Shown: positions 34,870 through 44,819 of the stretch, piece by piece | Layout of the letters: every line of letters starts with the position of its first letter | How positions within the stretch are numbered: the first letter of the stretch is position 1 | From: an uncultured Bacteroidota bacterium | GTDB lineage: Bacteria > Bacteroidota > Ignavibacteria > UBA10030 > UBA6906 | DNA: 64,000 bases | Assembly (NCBI GenBank): GCA_963700635.1 | Contig: CAVOYH010000003.1 | Span: 1,152,001-1,216,000, forward strand | Direction: 5' to 3' | Program-made: the position numbers and the translations under genes | Notes under the pieces: generated by a model | The model's database searches: none | What the model saw: the letters and a program-made list of their open reading frames with translations, nothing else | What the model was told of the DNA's origin: nothing

Positions 34870-35724
34870 TTAGGGCTCCGGCTTTTTCGTCCAATCTATG
34901 AAGCCGACCCGGCGCGCCGGCTGGCAGGCCGGGCAGAAAAACACATCATGTCCGCGCACACCCTCGCGCCGGATGATGGTTCCGCACCGGGGACAGGGTG
35001 CGCCTTTGCGATTGCGCACGTGCATGTGATCGCGGACCTTCACGTGGATGGGTTGACGTGCGCGTGCCACCGCCTGAATCCCCCTGTCGACGACGTCGTG
35101 TATCGCTGCGTACAACCGCTCCTGCTCATGTGGCTCAAGGGTGTTCATAAAAGTCTTCGGATGGATTTGTGCCGCAAAGAGGATCTCATCGGCATAGGCG
35201 TTGCCAATGGTGTTCAGAATCGTATGATCGTTAATCAGGGCGCGCACCTGCTTGCGCGGGTGTTCCTGCACTCTGCGGAGGAATTCTGCAAACGTGAACT
35301 CAGGGGAAAGAATGTCGATACCCAGAGAGTTGAATCCCGGGATGGGGTCGTACTTTCCCGTGTGCACGAGATAGACCTTGACCATCTTATGTTCATCGCA
35401 GATGTTCAGGCGGGTGCCGTCGTGGAGATGGAGGGCCAGGCAGATGTGACCGAGAGATCGGTCGGGTTTACGCTGATGCTGTATCTGTCCGGAAAGCATC
35501 AGATGCACCACAAGTTCAATAGTTGAACTGATGATTACCCGGACGAAGGGCCCGTGGATGTTGATGCCGGTAATCGTGAGGGTCTTGAGCGCGTGTTCGA
35601 GCGGATCTCCGACGGCGTTTCTGAGCACGACCGGCTGGCGCAGCTCCGCTTCGGTGATGGTGCGGTTCACCACAGTGTGGCGGAGATACTCCCTTGTATA
35701 GAGGAGATCGGGAAGTTCTGGCAT
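34870..35724 (-). CDS. Fpg/Nei family DNA glycosylase
   Basis: MPELPD, HLMLSG, IGNAYADEILF, CPRC...CPACQ zinc finger. Confidence 0.93.
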   Translation of the reverse strand: MPELPDLLYTREYLRHTVVNRTITEAELRQPVVLRNAVGDPLEHALKTLTITGINIHGPFVRVIISSTIELVVHLMLSGQIQHQRKPDRSLGHICLALHLHDGTRLNICDEHKMVKVYLVHTGKYDPIPGFNSLGIDILSPEFTFAEFLRRVQEHPRKQVRALINDHTILNTIGNAYADEILFAAQIHPKTFMNTLEPHEQERLYAAIHDVVDRGIQAVARARQPIHVKVRDHMHVRNRKGAPCPRCGTIIRREGVRGHDVFFCPACQPARRVGFIDWTKKPEP

Positions 35725-35748
35725 GGTGTCGAGGGTCTGTCCAGTGTA

Positions 35749-36798
35749 TCAGGGCTGTTTTGTATCCAGCGTTTCAGCCGGTTTTGTGAACCACTCACTC
35801 TCAAAAGCGTAGCTCGCGTTCCGGCCGAGGCGCTGTGCCTCAAAGAGCGCCTTTTTTGCCGTGACGAGAAGTATATCGATGGTGTTGCCGTTGCGTGGAT
35901 ATGCTGCAACCCCGATACTGACGCTTGTCCGTATGTTGTGTGGCGTGTACTGCTGGTCGTGAATCTGCCGGCACAGACGATCAGCGAAGTCCCGGCACCC
36001 CTCCAAACCGGTGTTTGAAAGCAAGAGGATGAACTCATCAAACCCGTAGCGGGCCGCGGCGTCGATCGGACGGAGTTGAACCTGTACCAGGCTTCCCAGC
36101 TCTTTGAGCAGCTGGCGTGAGGCTTCAAACCCGAACGTGTTTACGGTGTCCTTAAAATTGTCCACGTCCAGAATGAGGACTGCAAAACCTTCACCAAATT
36201 CATCCGCACGCTGTATCGCGGCCTTGACCTTCTCCAGAAAGGGGGGATACTTTTCAAGACCGGTTTCCCGGTCAGTTCTGTCAAGCCGGATATTTTCTTC
36301 ACGGAGCAGGGACTTCGTGAGCGCGATACCGGCGATGTCCGCAAACAACTGAAGCATTTCGACGTCGGCCTGAGAGAATGTTCCCGGCTCTGCGCTGTCG
36401 GCGTGCAGGTATCCGAGTGTACGCTGATCAACCGTAATCTGGACACAGATACATGATCCGAACGGATGTTCAAGCGCGACCTCCCCCGCAAGCGACGGTT
36501 CGGCGCTGCTGTCAGGGATGACGATGGGCTTTCCCGTCCAGAGAAGATGTCCGATGGCGGTTGTTGCGATGCGGCGACGGAATGAATTGCAGAATGTCAG
36601 GGAGAGATTGTGGCACTGGTCGATCCGGAGGTATTCGGTGTTTGGATCGATCAGGGCTATGGCACAGGTCTGGCACTTATAGGATCGGACGATGCGGTCC
36701 ACCACGAGGGAAAGAACCCGCTCGTAATGTGTTGTGGCTTTGAGGGTATGGACGATCTCGGCGAAATAGCTGAAGCACAGTTCGTTGATCGGGTGCAT
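35749..36798 (-). CDS. GAF + degenerate GGDEF (GFDEF) protein
   Basis: GAF domain followed by DVDNFK, RPID, RYGFDEF, SIGVA; GGAGG upstream of ATG 36798 (alternative start 36807). Confidence 0.88.
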   Translation of the reverse strand: MHPINELCFSYFAEIVHTLKATTHYERVLSLVVDRIVRSYKCQTCAIALIDPNTEYLRIDQCHNLSLTFCNSFRRRIATTAIGHLLWTGKPIVIPDSSAEPSLAGEVALEHPFGSCICVQITVDQRTLGYLHADSAEPGTFSQADVEMLQLFADIAGIALTKSLLREENIRLDRTDRETGLEKYPPFLEKVKAAIQRADEFGEGFAVLILDVDNFKDTVNTFGFEASRQLLKELGSLVQVQLRPIDAAARYGFDEFILLLSNTGLEGCRDFADRLCRQIHDQQYTPHNIRTSVSIGVAAYPRNGNTIDILLVTAKKALFEAQRLGRNASYAFESEWFTKPAETLDTKQP

Positions 36799-36897
36799 GG
36801 TTTTCATCCTCCGGCTCTGGTTGATGATCCCGAACCCTGATGTAATCTGCAAAGAAAGATCGTTTATGTCAACGGCAGGCCATGGACTGTTGCGTAC

Positions 36898-36926
36898 TTG
36901 CATTTTGCTCCCGACAAGTGTATACT
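36898..36926 (+). promoter_or_regulatory. Sigma70 promoter of thiamine operon
   Basis: TTGCAT-17-TATACT just upstream of the riboswitch. Confidence 0.7.
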
Positions 36927-36934
36927 TCACCATA

Positions 36935-37017
36935 CCGTTAGGGGTGTCCTGCACGACCTGCAGGACTGAGAGTAGACCCTGGAACCTGATCTGGATTATG
37001 CCAGCGTAGGGAAACGG
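36935..37017 (+). ncRNA. TPP riboswitch aptamer
   Basis: AGGGGTG...CTGAGA...ACCC...AACCTGATCTGGATTATGCCAGCGTAGGGA; P1 CCGTT/AACGG. Confidence 0.96.
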
Positions 37018-37044
37018 ACACAACGATGTGTTCGCCTCATGCAA

Positions 37045-37090
37045 GCCGTCTCTCCAGATTATTCCCCCACGGAGAAACGGCCTTTTTTTT
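37045..37090 (+). terminator. Riboswitch-controlled intrinsic terminator
   Basis: GCCGTCTCTCC/GGAGAAACGGC stem followed by T8. Confidence 0.85.
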
Positions 37091-37108
37091 GTCGGGCAGG
37101 AGGAACAC

Positions 37109-39529
37109 ATGAAACACCTGATCATTCTCCTCATTCTGGGCGTCACCGTGCCGCATGTTTCTGGTGCGACAGGCGGTATACTTAACGTTACCGTCATCGA
37201 TGGGGAGAGCAGCCGGGCGCTTGCCGGCGCGCACGTGAGCATTCCGGGAACAACCGCGGGGGGTTCAACTGACACGAACGGGGTGTGCGTGTTATCCGGA
37301 GTACCTGCCGGCACCGCACTCCTTCGCGTGTCGTTTGTAGGATACACGCCTTCGGCACGTCACGTGGATATCACGGAGGGTGTGATCACCAGCGTGAGCG
37401 TTACACTCCGACCTGCCGTCATTCCCGGTCAGCCGATAACAGTCACGGCAACCCGGGGCCGTGACCGCGAGACGCCGGCGACGTTCTCGACGTTGGATCG
37501 CATGGCAATCCGCGAACGGCATCCGACTCAGGATATCCCGGTATTGCTCTCCGAACTCCCGTCCACCACGTACTACTCGGAAAGCGGCAACGGGATCGGG
37601 TACACCTATCTTAACATACGCGGCTTTGACGCACGCCGTGTCGCTGTGTTTGTGAACGGCGTTCCGCAGAACGATCCCGAGGATCACAATGTGTACTGGT
37701 TGGATTTCCCGGACCTCGCGGCGAGCGCGGAAGACATCCAGGTACAGCGGGGCGCAGGGAGTGCCTTTTATGGCGCCCCGGCTATCGGGGGATCAGTAAA
37801 TCTTGTAACCTCACAGTTTGGCCGCGAACGTTCCCTGCAGGTCTCTGCAGGCGTCGGCAGCAACAACACGCGCAAGTACTCCGTATCATTCTCATCCGGG
37901 TTGGTGGAGAAACGTTATGCCATGCACGCCCGCCTTTCGAAACTTCTGAGCAGCGGATACCGCGACAGATCATGGGTGGATTTTAGCAGCTATTTTCTGG
38001 GATTCGCGCGCTACGACGAATCGATGACCACTCAGCTGCACGTCTACGGCGGCCCCATCGCCGATGGCCTTGCGTACTACGGCATTCCCAAAGAGGATGT
38101 GAAGAATCCGGACCGGCGGCGCAGCAACCCCATCACCCGTCCGGAAGAGATCGAAAACTTCTCCCAACCCCACTTCGAGCTTCTTCACGAGTGGCGTCTG
38201 GGGGCAGGGTTGACGCTCAACACCACCGCTTTTCTTATTCTGGGAGACGGCTTTTTTGATTATGACGGGTCCTGGGCTCCGTATTCCTACTATCGCATCA
38301 CTGAAGGAAATGGATTCGCCATTACAGGTGATCCCGATACTCTGTACCTGCCCGGTGCCCTCATCCGGGCTCAGGTGACAAACCGGCAATGGGGATTTCT
38401 GCCCCGACTGACCTGGCGACACCCCGGCGGCGAAATCATTGTCGGAGGAGAATTCCGACTTCACCGTTCAGAACACTGGGGGCGTTTGCAGTGGACACAG
38501 GAACTCCCCGCAGGCGTGCCTTTTGACTATCGTTACTACGACTACCGGGGAGCAAAAGACATCATGTCTGCCTATGCCCATGCGCTCCAGGAAATTTCTG
38601 AGGGGGTGAAGGTGATGGCTTCACTCCACTATGCGTTTAACCGTTACCGCCTGTTCGAAGAAAAATTTGTGGGGACAGATTTTACGGTTCCGTATCATTT
38701 TGTGAACCCCCGGTTCGGGGTGAACTACAATCTGGATGAACACTGGAACACCTACATAAGCATCGCGTATACCACTCGTGAACCACGGCTCAAGAACCTG
38801 TATGATGCTGCCGAAGCCAGCACTCCCGCGTCATGGGGAATGGTGAGTCCACAATTTGCGACGGATCCATCGGGCCGACCCGACTTCCGGCGCCCCCTGG
38901 TGAAACCGGAGTCGCTCCTCGATGTTGAATTCGGATGCGGCTACATATCGGACATCGCCCGGGTGTCCGGCAATCTGTACTGGATGGAATTCACGGATGA
39001 AATCGTGAAGAGCGGTCAGGTCGACCGTTTCGGACAGCCGGTTACCGGAAATGCGGATCGTACACGCCATCTCGGCATCGAGGTGAGCGGAGCGGTGCGC
39101 CTGACGAACGCCCTGGACATTGCAGCGAATGCCACTTTCGGCCACAACCGGTTTATCCGGCACACCGACTTCTCCACCGGACGCCCGCTTGCTCTTGACA
39201 ATAATCCCATCGCAGGATTCCCCGATCTGCTTGCACATGTCCGGATGACATTCCGCCACGATGCGTTTGCCCTGTCACTGTCAGGCCGGTATGTCGGCAA
39301 ACAATTCACGGACAATTTCCGGGATGAACGCAACACCGTTGACCCATTCTTCGTGAACGACGCCTCTGTGTCGTATACGTTTGCTGATCTTCTTGATAAT
39401 GTCGATGTTGAAACCAGGGTGCAGGTGCAAAACGTTTTCAACGTATTGTATGCGGCCCACGGGGAAGGGAATCAGTTCTTCGTAGGTGCGGAGCGAAGCG
39501 TCTACGTTCAGCTCTCCCTGAACCTGTAA
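37109..39529 (+). CDS. TonB-dependent receptor, probable thiamine uptake
   Basis: AGGAGG SD, signal peptide, CarboxypepD-like N domain, plug IRGFD...NGVPQND...QRGAG; TPP-regulated. Confidence 0.92.
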   Translation: MKHLIILLILGVTVPHVSGATGGILNVTVIDGESSRALAGAHVSIPGTTAGGSTDTNGVCVLSGVPAGTALLRVSFVGYTPSARHVDITEGVITSVSVTLRPAVIPGQPITVTATRGRDRETPATFSTLDRMAIRERHPTQDIPVLLSELPSTTYYSESGNGIGYTYLNIRGFDARRVAVFVNGVPQNDPEDHNVYWLDFPDLAASAEDIQVQRGAGSAFYGAPAIGGSVNLVTSQFGRERSLQVSAGVGSNNTRKYSVSFSSGLVEKRYAMHARLSKLLSSGYRDRSWVDFSSYFLGFARYDESMTTQLHVYGGPIADGLAYYGIPKEDVKNPDRRRSNPITRPEEIENFSQPHFELLHEWRLGAGLTLNTTAFLILGDGFFDYDGSWAPYSYYRITEGNGFAITGDPDTLYLPGALIRAQVTNRQWGFLPRLTWRHPGGEIIVGGEFRLHRSEHWGRLQWTQELPAGVPFDYRYYDYRGAKDIMSAYAHALQEISEGVKVMASLHYAFNRYRLFEEKFVGTDFTVPYHFVNPRFGVNYNLDEHWNTYISIAYTTREPRLKNLYDAAEASTPASWGMVSPQFATDPSGRPDFRRPLVKPESLLDVEFGCGYISDIARVSGNLYWMEFTDEIVKSGQVDRFGQPVTGNADRTRHLGIEVSGAVRLTNALDIAANATFGHNRFIRHTDFSTGRPLALDNNPIAGFPDLLAHVRMTFRHDAFALSLSGRYVGKQFTDNFRDERNTVDPFFVNDASVSYTFADLLDNVDVETRVQVQNVFNVLYAAHGEGNQFFVGAERSVYVQLSLNL

Positions 39530-39546
39530 CCGGAAAGGTGCACAGT

Positions 39547-40182
39547 ATGACGACACTTCTCCTGTGTAATGGAGAGCCCCCTTCCCGTCCGTTCGCCCGT
39601 CGGCTTCAGCGCATGGCGAGCCGCGTCGTTGTCGCCGACGGCGGGGCAAATCTGGCCCGCCAGCTTGGTTTGACGCCGGACCTTATTATAGGTGATCTGG
39701 ATTCGATTACCCCGGCCACTCGGCGTGCGTTTGCCGGTGTCCGGACACTCCGGATACGCCGCCAGGACAATACGGACATGGAAAAGGCGCTTGATCATAT
39801 CCGTTCCGACGGGAAGGGGAGCGTGATTGTGCTTGGCGCGACAGGGCGCCGCATTGATATGACATTAGCCAATTTTTCGGTGTGCTGGCGGTACACTTCC
39901 GTGCTTGATATCATCATTGCCAATGACGGATGGTATGCCGTGCCTCTGCGCGGAAGGCGTACGTTTGAAGCACCGGCAGGAACCAGGGTGAGTCTTGTCC
40001 CGTTTGGACCTTGCGGGGGAATTACCGTGCGGGGGTTACGATTCCCGCTGATCCGCGGGCGGCTGCGTGTGGGTGAAGTTGCGGTGAGCAATGTCGTCCG
40101 CTCCCGCCGGTTCAGCGTTACTGTCGAACGTGGTAATCTCCTCGTCGTGGTGTTTGGCACATGGTCTGGCGACACACGATGA
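39547..40182 (+). CDS. thiN: Thiamine pyrophosphokinase
   Basis: ADGGAN, IGDLDS, DNTDMEKAL, GATGRRID, SN. Confidence 0.93.
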   Translation: MTTLLLCNGEPPSRPFARRLQRMASRVVVADGGANLARQLGLTPDLIIGDLDSITPATRRAFAGVRTLRIRRQDNTDMEKALDHIRSDGKGSVIVLGATGRRIDMTLANFSVCWRYTSVLDIIIANDGWYAVPLRGRRTFEAPAGTRVSLVPFGPCGGITVRGLRFPLIRGRLRVGEVAVSNVVRSRRFSVTVERGNLLVVVFGTWSGDTR

Positions 40183-40189
40183 GCCATCA

Positions 40190-41692
40190 ATGAGTTCTTT
40201 CGATCCCATACTCCATTTCTCCCCAGCGGACGCCGGCGTTCTTGTGATGTATGTACTTGCCGTGATGGGACTCGGCTGGTTTGCGGTGCGAAGGCAGCGG
40301 GGAAAGGGCACCGCGGAATACCTGCTGGCCGGCCGGTCGCTCACAGCCCCCATGTTTGTCATGACGCTCGTTTCCACCTGGTACGGGGGCATCCTGGGTG
40401 TCGGAGAGTTTACCTATTCGTACGGACTGGCCAACTGGGTGATCCAGGGTATCCCCTACTACGTGTTCGCTGTGGTGTTTGCCGTGTTGCTTGCCGGAAA
40501 AATCCGCGCAAGCCGGCTCATCACAATTCCGGACCGTCTCGAACAGATCTACGATCGTCGTACGGCGCTTCTGGGAGCGGGGCTCACGTTCTTTCTCATG
40601 ACACCGGCTCCCTATGTGTTGATGCTCGGCATTTTGATCCACTTGATCACAGGGTGGAGTCTGGTCGTCTGTGTCATTGCAGGTACCGTTGCCACGACAG
40701 CGTATCTGTTTGCAGGCGGCTTTCGAGCCGATGTCTACACCGATGCGCTGGAGTTTGTCCTGATGTTTGCAGGATTTGGTCTGATCATTCCCTTTGCCGT
40801 GAGCAGCTATGGTGGCTGGGATTTCCTTCGGGCCCATGTCCCACCGCTCCACCTGTCGTGGCATGGAGGGAATTCCATCCAGTTTATCGTTGTGTGGTTC
40901 TTTATTGCGCTGTGGACACTTGTTGACCCCGCCTTTTATCAGCGTTGTGCAGCTGCGGTTTCGGGAGAAGTTGCCCGCAGAGGGATCCTCTGGTCGGTGG
41001 TGTTCTGGCTGGCGTTTGATGCGATGACTGTCACCGTGGGACTTTATGCGCGCGCCATTCTGCCGCAGCTGGATCAGCCGGTGATGGCATTTCCCCTGCT
41101 TGCAGAACGTCTCCTCCCTCCTGTGGCGAAGGGCCTCTTTTTTGTCGGTTTGCTTGCCACCATAATGTCTTCGCTGAATACACTTGCGTTTGTATCAGGG
41201 ACGACGCTGGGACGGGATCTGGTCATGCGGATGCGGAAGAGGAAAGCCGGGATGGTGAGCTATGGTGACAGTGTGCCGGCTGGACCCGCGGAGAGGGCGA
41301 ATGACCGACCGGAAGGTCAGGAAGGCGTCGAAGATGAAGAAAGGGAGAGAGTCTGGGTGCAGCGTGGCCTGCTTATCAGCAGTGTTCTGGCTATCGTCCT
41401 GGCGCTGCTGATCCCCTCGGTGATTAAACTGTGGTACACGATCGGGACGGTTATCGTTCCCGGGTTGCTGATCCCTCTCGTCAGTACGTACTTCGAGAGA
41501 CTCCGGGTAAACGCGCGAACGGGATTCTGGGCCATGCTCCTGGGGTGGCTTACTTCAACGGCATGGTTGCTTGCGGGATGGACACAACAACTCGGTATCT
41601 CCGAATTTTATCCGCTCGGGATTGAACCGATGTATCCGGGCTTGGCGGTGAGTCTCGGCGTGTGGGCGTGGGGACGTTTTACTCGAACCTGA
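40190..41692 (+). CDS. Sodium:solute symporter, probable thiamine (precursor) transporter
   Basis: EYLLAGRSL, GGFRADVYTD, YQR, LATIMSS; many TMs. Confidence 0.9.
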   Translation: MSSFDPILHFSPADAGVLVMYVLAVMGLGWFAVRRQRGKGTAEYLLAGRSLTAPMFVMTLVSTWYGGILGVGEFTYSYGLANWVIQGIPYYVFAVVFAVLLAGKIRASRLITIPDRLEQIYDRRTALLGAGLTFFLMTPAPYVLMLGILIHLITGWSLVVCVIAGTVATTAYLFAGGFRADVYTDALEFVLMFAGFGLIIPFAVSSYGGWDFLRAHVPPLHLSWHGGNSIQFIVVWFFIALWTLVDPAFYQRCAAAVSGEVARRGILWSVVFWLAFDAMTVTVGLYARAILPQLDQPVMAFPLLAERLLPPVAKGLFFVGLLATIMSSLNTLAFVSGTTLGRDLVMRMRKRKAGMVSYGDSVPAGPAERANDRPEGQEGVEDEERERVWVQRGLLISSVLAIVLALLIPSVIKLWYTIGTVIVPGLLIPLVSTYFERLRVNARTGFWAMLLGWLTSTAWLLAGWTQQLGISEFYPLGIEPMYPGLAVSLGVWAWGRFTRT

Positions 41693-41726
41693 AGGGGAGG
41701 GGGGACTCTCACTTCACGATCGATCT

Positions 41727-43106
41727 CTATCCAAGTTTGATCTGATACTGCTGGATCTTGGTATAAAGGGTTTTCAGACTTATCCCGAGAATTTTTGCTG
41801 ATTCAGCTTTGTTTCCCCTGAAGCTCCTCAGGACTCCTTCGATATGGAGGTGTTCGATTTCTTTGAGAGCCATTGCCGTGCCCAGTTTCTGGTCCCCGCC
41901 CCCTCCGGCGGACAGTGACAGTGACGCATTCGGCAAAGAAAAATCCTGCGGCTCGATCACTCCGTTCCGGCAGAGAATCGCTGCACGTTCGATTACATTC
42001 TCCAGTTCCCGGATGTTGCCCGGCCAGTCGTATCCCATGAGGACTTCCATTGCCTTCGGGGAGATCGTGGTTTGCACCTTCGTTTTCATCCGATTGGCAA
42101 GAAACGTCGCAACCAGCAAAGGAATGTCCTGTTTGCGCTGGCGCAGGGAAGGAATCTCGATAGTGATCACATTCAGACGGTAGAGCAAGTCTTCACGGAA
42201 GCGTCCCTCCCGGACCTCTTCCTTGAGATTCTTATTTGTGGCGGAGAGGATGCGCACATCCGCATTAAGCGGTGTATTGCCGCCGACCCGCCGGAATTCT
42301 CCGCTCTGGATAAACCGGAGGATTTTTGGCTGCACGACGGGGCTGATATCGCCTATTTCGTCCAGGAAAAGTGTTCCGTTGTTGGCGATTTCGACGATTC
42401 CCGGTTTTGTTGCCCGGGCATCAGTGAAGGCCCCTTTTTCGTGCCCGAACAGCTCACTTTCGATGAGCGTGTCCGGGATGGACGCGCAGTTCAGGGTGAC
42501 AAAGGGTGCATCCGCACGGAGGCTGTTTTTGTAGATAAAGTTGGCGACAAGTTCTTTGCCTGTCCCGCTCGGGCCCTGGACGAGCACCGTTGATTCGGTC
42601 GGAGCCACTTTGGCCGCGATTTCCAGGACTTTCTGGAAGGCTTCGCTCGTTCCGACCATTTGCTGGGTGCCCTGGAGCCGGTCGAGAGCGTCTTTCATCA
42701 GGAAATTGTCGATCATCAGCTGCCGGCGTTCGAGTGCCCGCCCGATGGTCGAAAGCAGCTCGTCTGCCGTTGTCGGCTTGGAAATGTAATCATATGCGCC
42801 AAGACGCATGCATTCGACAGCCGTTTTTACGTCGGATGCCCCGGTTAACATGATCACTTCGATTCCGGGGTAGTTATTCTTGACGAACTTGAGCACCTCG
42901 ATGCCGTCGACCTTCGGCATCTTCACATCGAGCAGGACGACATGGTACAGCTTGGTCTGGACGGCATTAATTGCCGAGACACCATCCATAACGGTGTCGA
43001 CCGAGTACCCTGCCGTGCTTATGAGTGAAGACAGGAGATACCGAAAGGTCTCTTCGTCATCAACAACGAGGATAGAGGAGTCTTTTTTGGTCGTGGTCGT
43101 GGGCAT
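41727..43106 (-). CDS. NtrC-family sigma54-dependent response regulator
   Basis: REC domain (VVDD, D, LT, K), GPSGTGKE, GAFTDA, WPGNIREL, Fis HTH. Confidence 0.95.
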   Translation of the reverse strand: MPTTTTKKDSSILVVDDEETFRYLLSSLISTAGYSVDTVMDGVSAINAVQTKLYHVVLLDVKMPKVDGIEVLKFVKNNYPGIEVIMLTGASDVKTAVECMRLGAYDYISKPTTADELLSTIGRALERRQLMIDNFLMKDALDRLQGTQQMVGTSEAFQKVLEIAAKVAPTESTVLVQGPSGTGKELVANFIYKNSLRADAPFVTLNCASIPDTLIESELFGHEKGAFTDARATKPGIVEIANNGTLFLDEIGDISPVVQPKILRFIQSGEFRRVGGNTPLNADVRILSATNKNLKEEVREGRFREDLLYRLNVITIEIPSLRQRKQDIPLLVATFLANRMKTKVQTTISPKAMEVLMGYDWPGNIRELENVIERAAILCRNGVIEPQDFSLPNASLSLSAGGGGDQKLGTAMALKEIEHLHIEGVLRSFRGNKAESAKILGISLKTLYTKIQQYQIKLG

Positions 43107-43119
43107 TTTGTCTCAGCCC

Positions 43120-43184
43120 TATATAGAGAAAAGCTCAGTCAAAATCAACCTTTGATTGATTTTAACTCCGCCAGTTTGTATTTT
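43120..43184. promoter_or_regulatory. Back-to-back divergent sigma70 promoters
   Basis: TTGATT-17-TATTTT (+, 43156-43184) and TTGATT-17-TATATA (-, 43148-43120). Confidence 0.5.
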
Positions 43185-43213
43185 TTCTAATGTCAAACCT
43201 CACTCGCTCCCCT

Positions 43214-44308
43214 ATGCACATCACAGAACGGTTCATCCGCACACTCCCCAAGGTTCTTCTCCACGATCATCTGGACGGCGGGCTGCGTCCGATGACGATT
43301 ATCGAGCTGGCGAGGGACCAGGGATACGGGGGACTTCCGACAAACAATCCCGAAAAATTGGCTGAATGGTTTCACCGCGGGGCCCGGCGGGGGAGTCTTC
43401 CGTTGTATCTTGAAGGATTTGCCCACACCACGGCGGTCATGCAGACCGAAGAGGCGCTCGAACGGGTTGCCTACGAGATGATGGAGGACATGAAGGAGGA
43501 CGGCGTGGTATACGTTGAAACCCGCTTCGCTCCGGTCTTCCACACCGAAAAGGGACTTCACTGGGACGAGGTTGTGAGCGCAGTTCTTCGAGGGCTCGAG
43601 AGGGGAAAAAAGGACTTCGGCGTTGAATACGGGGTCATTCTCTGTGCCATGCGCAACATGAAAAATTCACTGGAAACCGCAGAACTTGCCGTGGATTTCC
43701 GGCAGCGCGGTGTCGTGGGTTTTGACCTTGCCGGCGAAGAGGGGGGATACCCTCCCAAGAAACATGTGGATGCGTTTCATTACATCCAGCGGGAAAACTT
43801 CAACATTACCGTTCATGCCGGTGAAGCCTTTGGGAAAGAAAGCATCTGGCAGGCATTACAGTGGTGTGGCGCACACCGCGTCGGTCATGCAACCCGTCTG
43901 GTGGAAGATATCGGTCTGGACGTGCACAACCGCAAAAAAATCATCCGCATGGGATACCTCGCCCAGTATGTTCTGGACAAACGCCTTCCGCTGGAAATAT
44001 GTCTGACAAGCAATGTGGATACGGGCGCGGTGAAAAATCTCGAAGAGCACCCGTTCGGTCTGTACTACAAGTACAAGTTCCGGGTTACCTTGAATACCGA
44101 CGATCGGCTGATGAGTGACACCACGATGACAAAAGAATACCGGATCGCGCATCAGGTGTTTAAGCTCTCGCTGGAGGATCTTGAGAAACTGACTATCAAT
44201 GCAATGAAGAGCGCGTTTCTGCCCTACAACCGCAGAATCCAGATCATTTACGATGTCATCAAGCCCGGATTTGCGATTGCACACCGGCGTCTGTCAAGAA
44301 AGAAATAA
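43214..44308 (+). CDS. add: Adenosine deaminase
   Basis: LHDHLDG, GFDLAG, HAGE, RVGH, NTDD. Confidence 0.95.
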   Translation: MHITERFIRTLPKVLLHDHLDGGLRPMTIIELARDQGYGGLPTNNPEKLAEWFHRGARRGSLPLYLEGFAHTTAVMQTEEALERVAYEMMEDMKEDGVVYVETRFAPVFHTEKGLHWDEVVSAVLRGLERGKKDFGVEYGVILCAMRNMKNSLETAELAVDFRQRGVVGFDLAGEEGGYPPKKHVDAFHYIQRENFNITVHAGEAFGKESIWQALQWCGAHRVGHATRLVEDIGLDVHNRKKIIRMGYLAQYVLDKRLPLEICLTSNVDTGAVKNLEEHPFGLYYKYKFRVTLNTDDRLMSDTTMTKEYRIAHQVFKLSLEDLEKLTINAMKSAFLPYNRRIQIIYDVIKPGFAIAHRRLSRKK

Positions 44309-44808
44309 TGAAACTCTATCTTGTTCGCCACGCCGAGGCGAAACCTGTCGGCGGAGCAATCACCACGGATGCCGCCCGGCCACTCACCGACGAGGGGGAA
44401 CGGGATGCGCTTCTGATGGGACGCGCACTGGCGCGCATCGAATCACGCCCGATGGAGCTGGTGTGCAGTCCGCTCCTCCGTGCTACACAGACCGCAGCAC
44501 TCATGAGCGAGGGGCTTCCGGGACATCCGGCATCACAAATCTGGGAAGATCTTGCACCCGGCGCGCGTCATAAGGCCATTGTGGCGCGGTTGACCACCAC
44601 GTCGGCGAAAGCGCTGGTGCTGGTCGGGCATCAACCCGACATCACCATTCTGGTTGCCTACCTCGTGGCTGACGCCGCTGTGGAAATTGCGATGAAGACC
44701 GGTTCAATGGCGTGTGTCAGCCTCGTACCGGCCAACGCACTAAACAGCGCTCGTCTGCGCTGGCTGTTGACCCCGGACCTTGTCCGAGCACTCTCCCCGG
44801 AACTCTGA
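44308..44808 (+). CDS. sixA: SixA-like phosphohistidine phosphatase
   Basis: VRHAEA, RPLT, SPLLRATQTA, VGHQP; TAATG overlap with add. Confidence 0.88.
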   Translation: MKLYLVRHAEAKPVGGAITTDAARPLTDEGERDALLMGRALARIESRPMELVCSPLLRATQTAALMSEGLPGHPASQIWEDLAPGARHKAIVARLTTTSAKALVLVGHQPDITILVAYLVADAAVEIAMKTGSMACVSLVPANALNSARLRWLLTPDLVRALSPEL

Positions 44809-44819
44809 CGGAGGCCTAA

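Noticed and set aside
36808-37347. N-terminal extension of about 180 aa on the GGDEF ORF
   Set aside because: Runs antisense across the TPP riboswitch and TonB receptor start; GGAGG supports the start at 36798.
43141-43163. AAAATCAA-N7-TTGATTTT palindrome as an FNR-like operator
   Set aside because: Orientation is opposite to the FNR box, and it is explained by two back-to-back TTGATT -35 elements.
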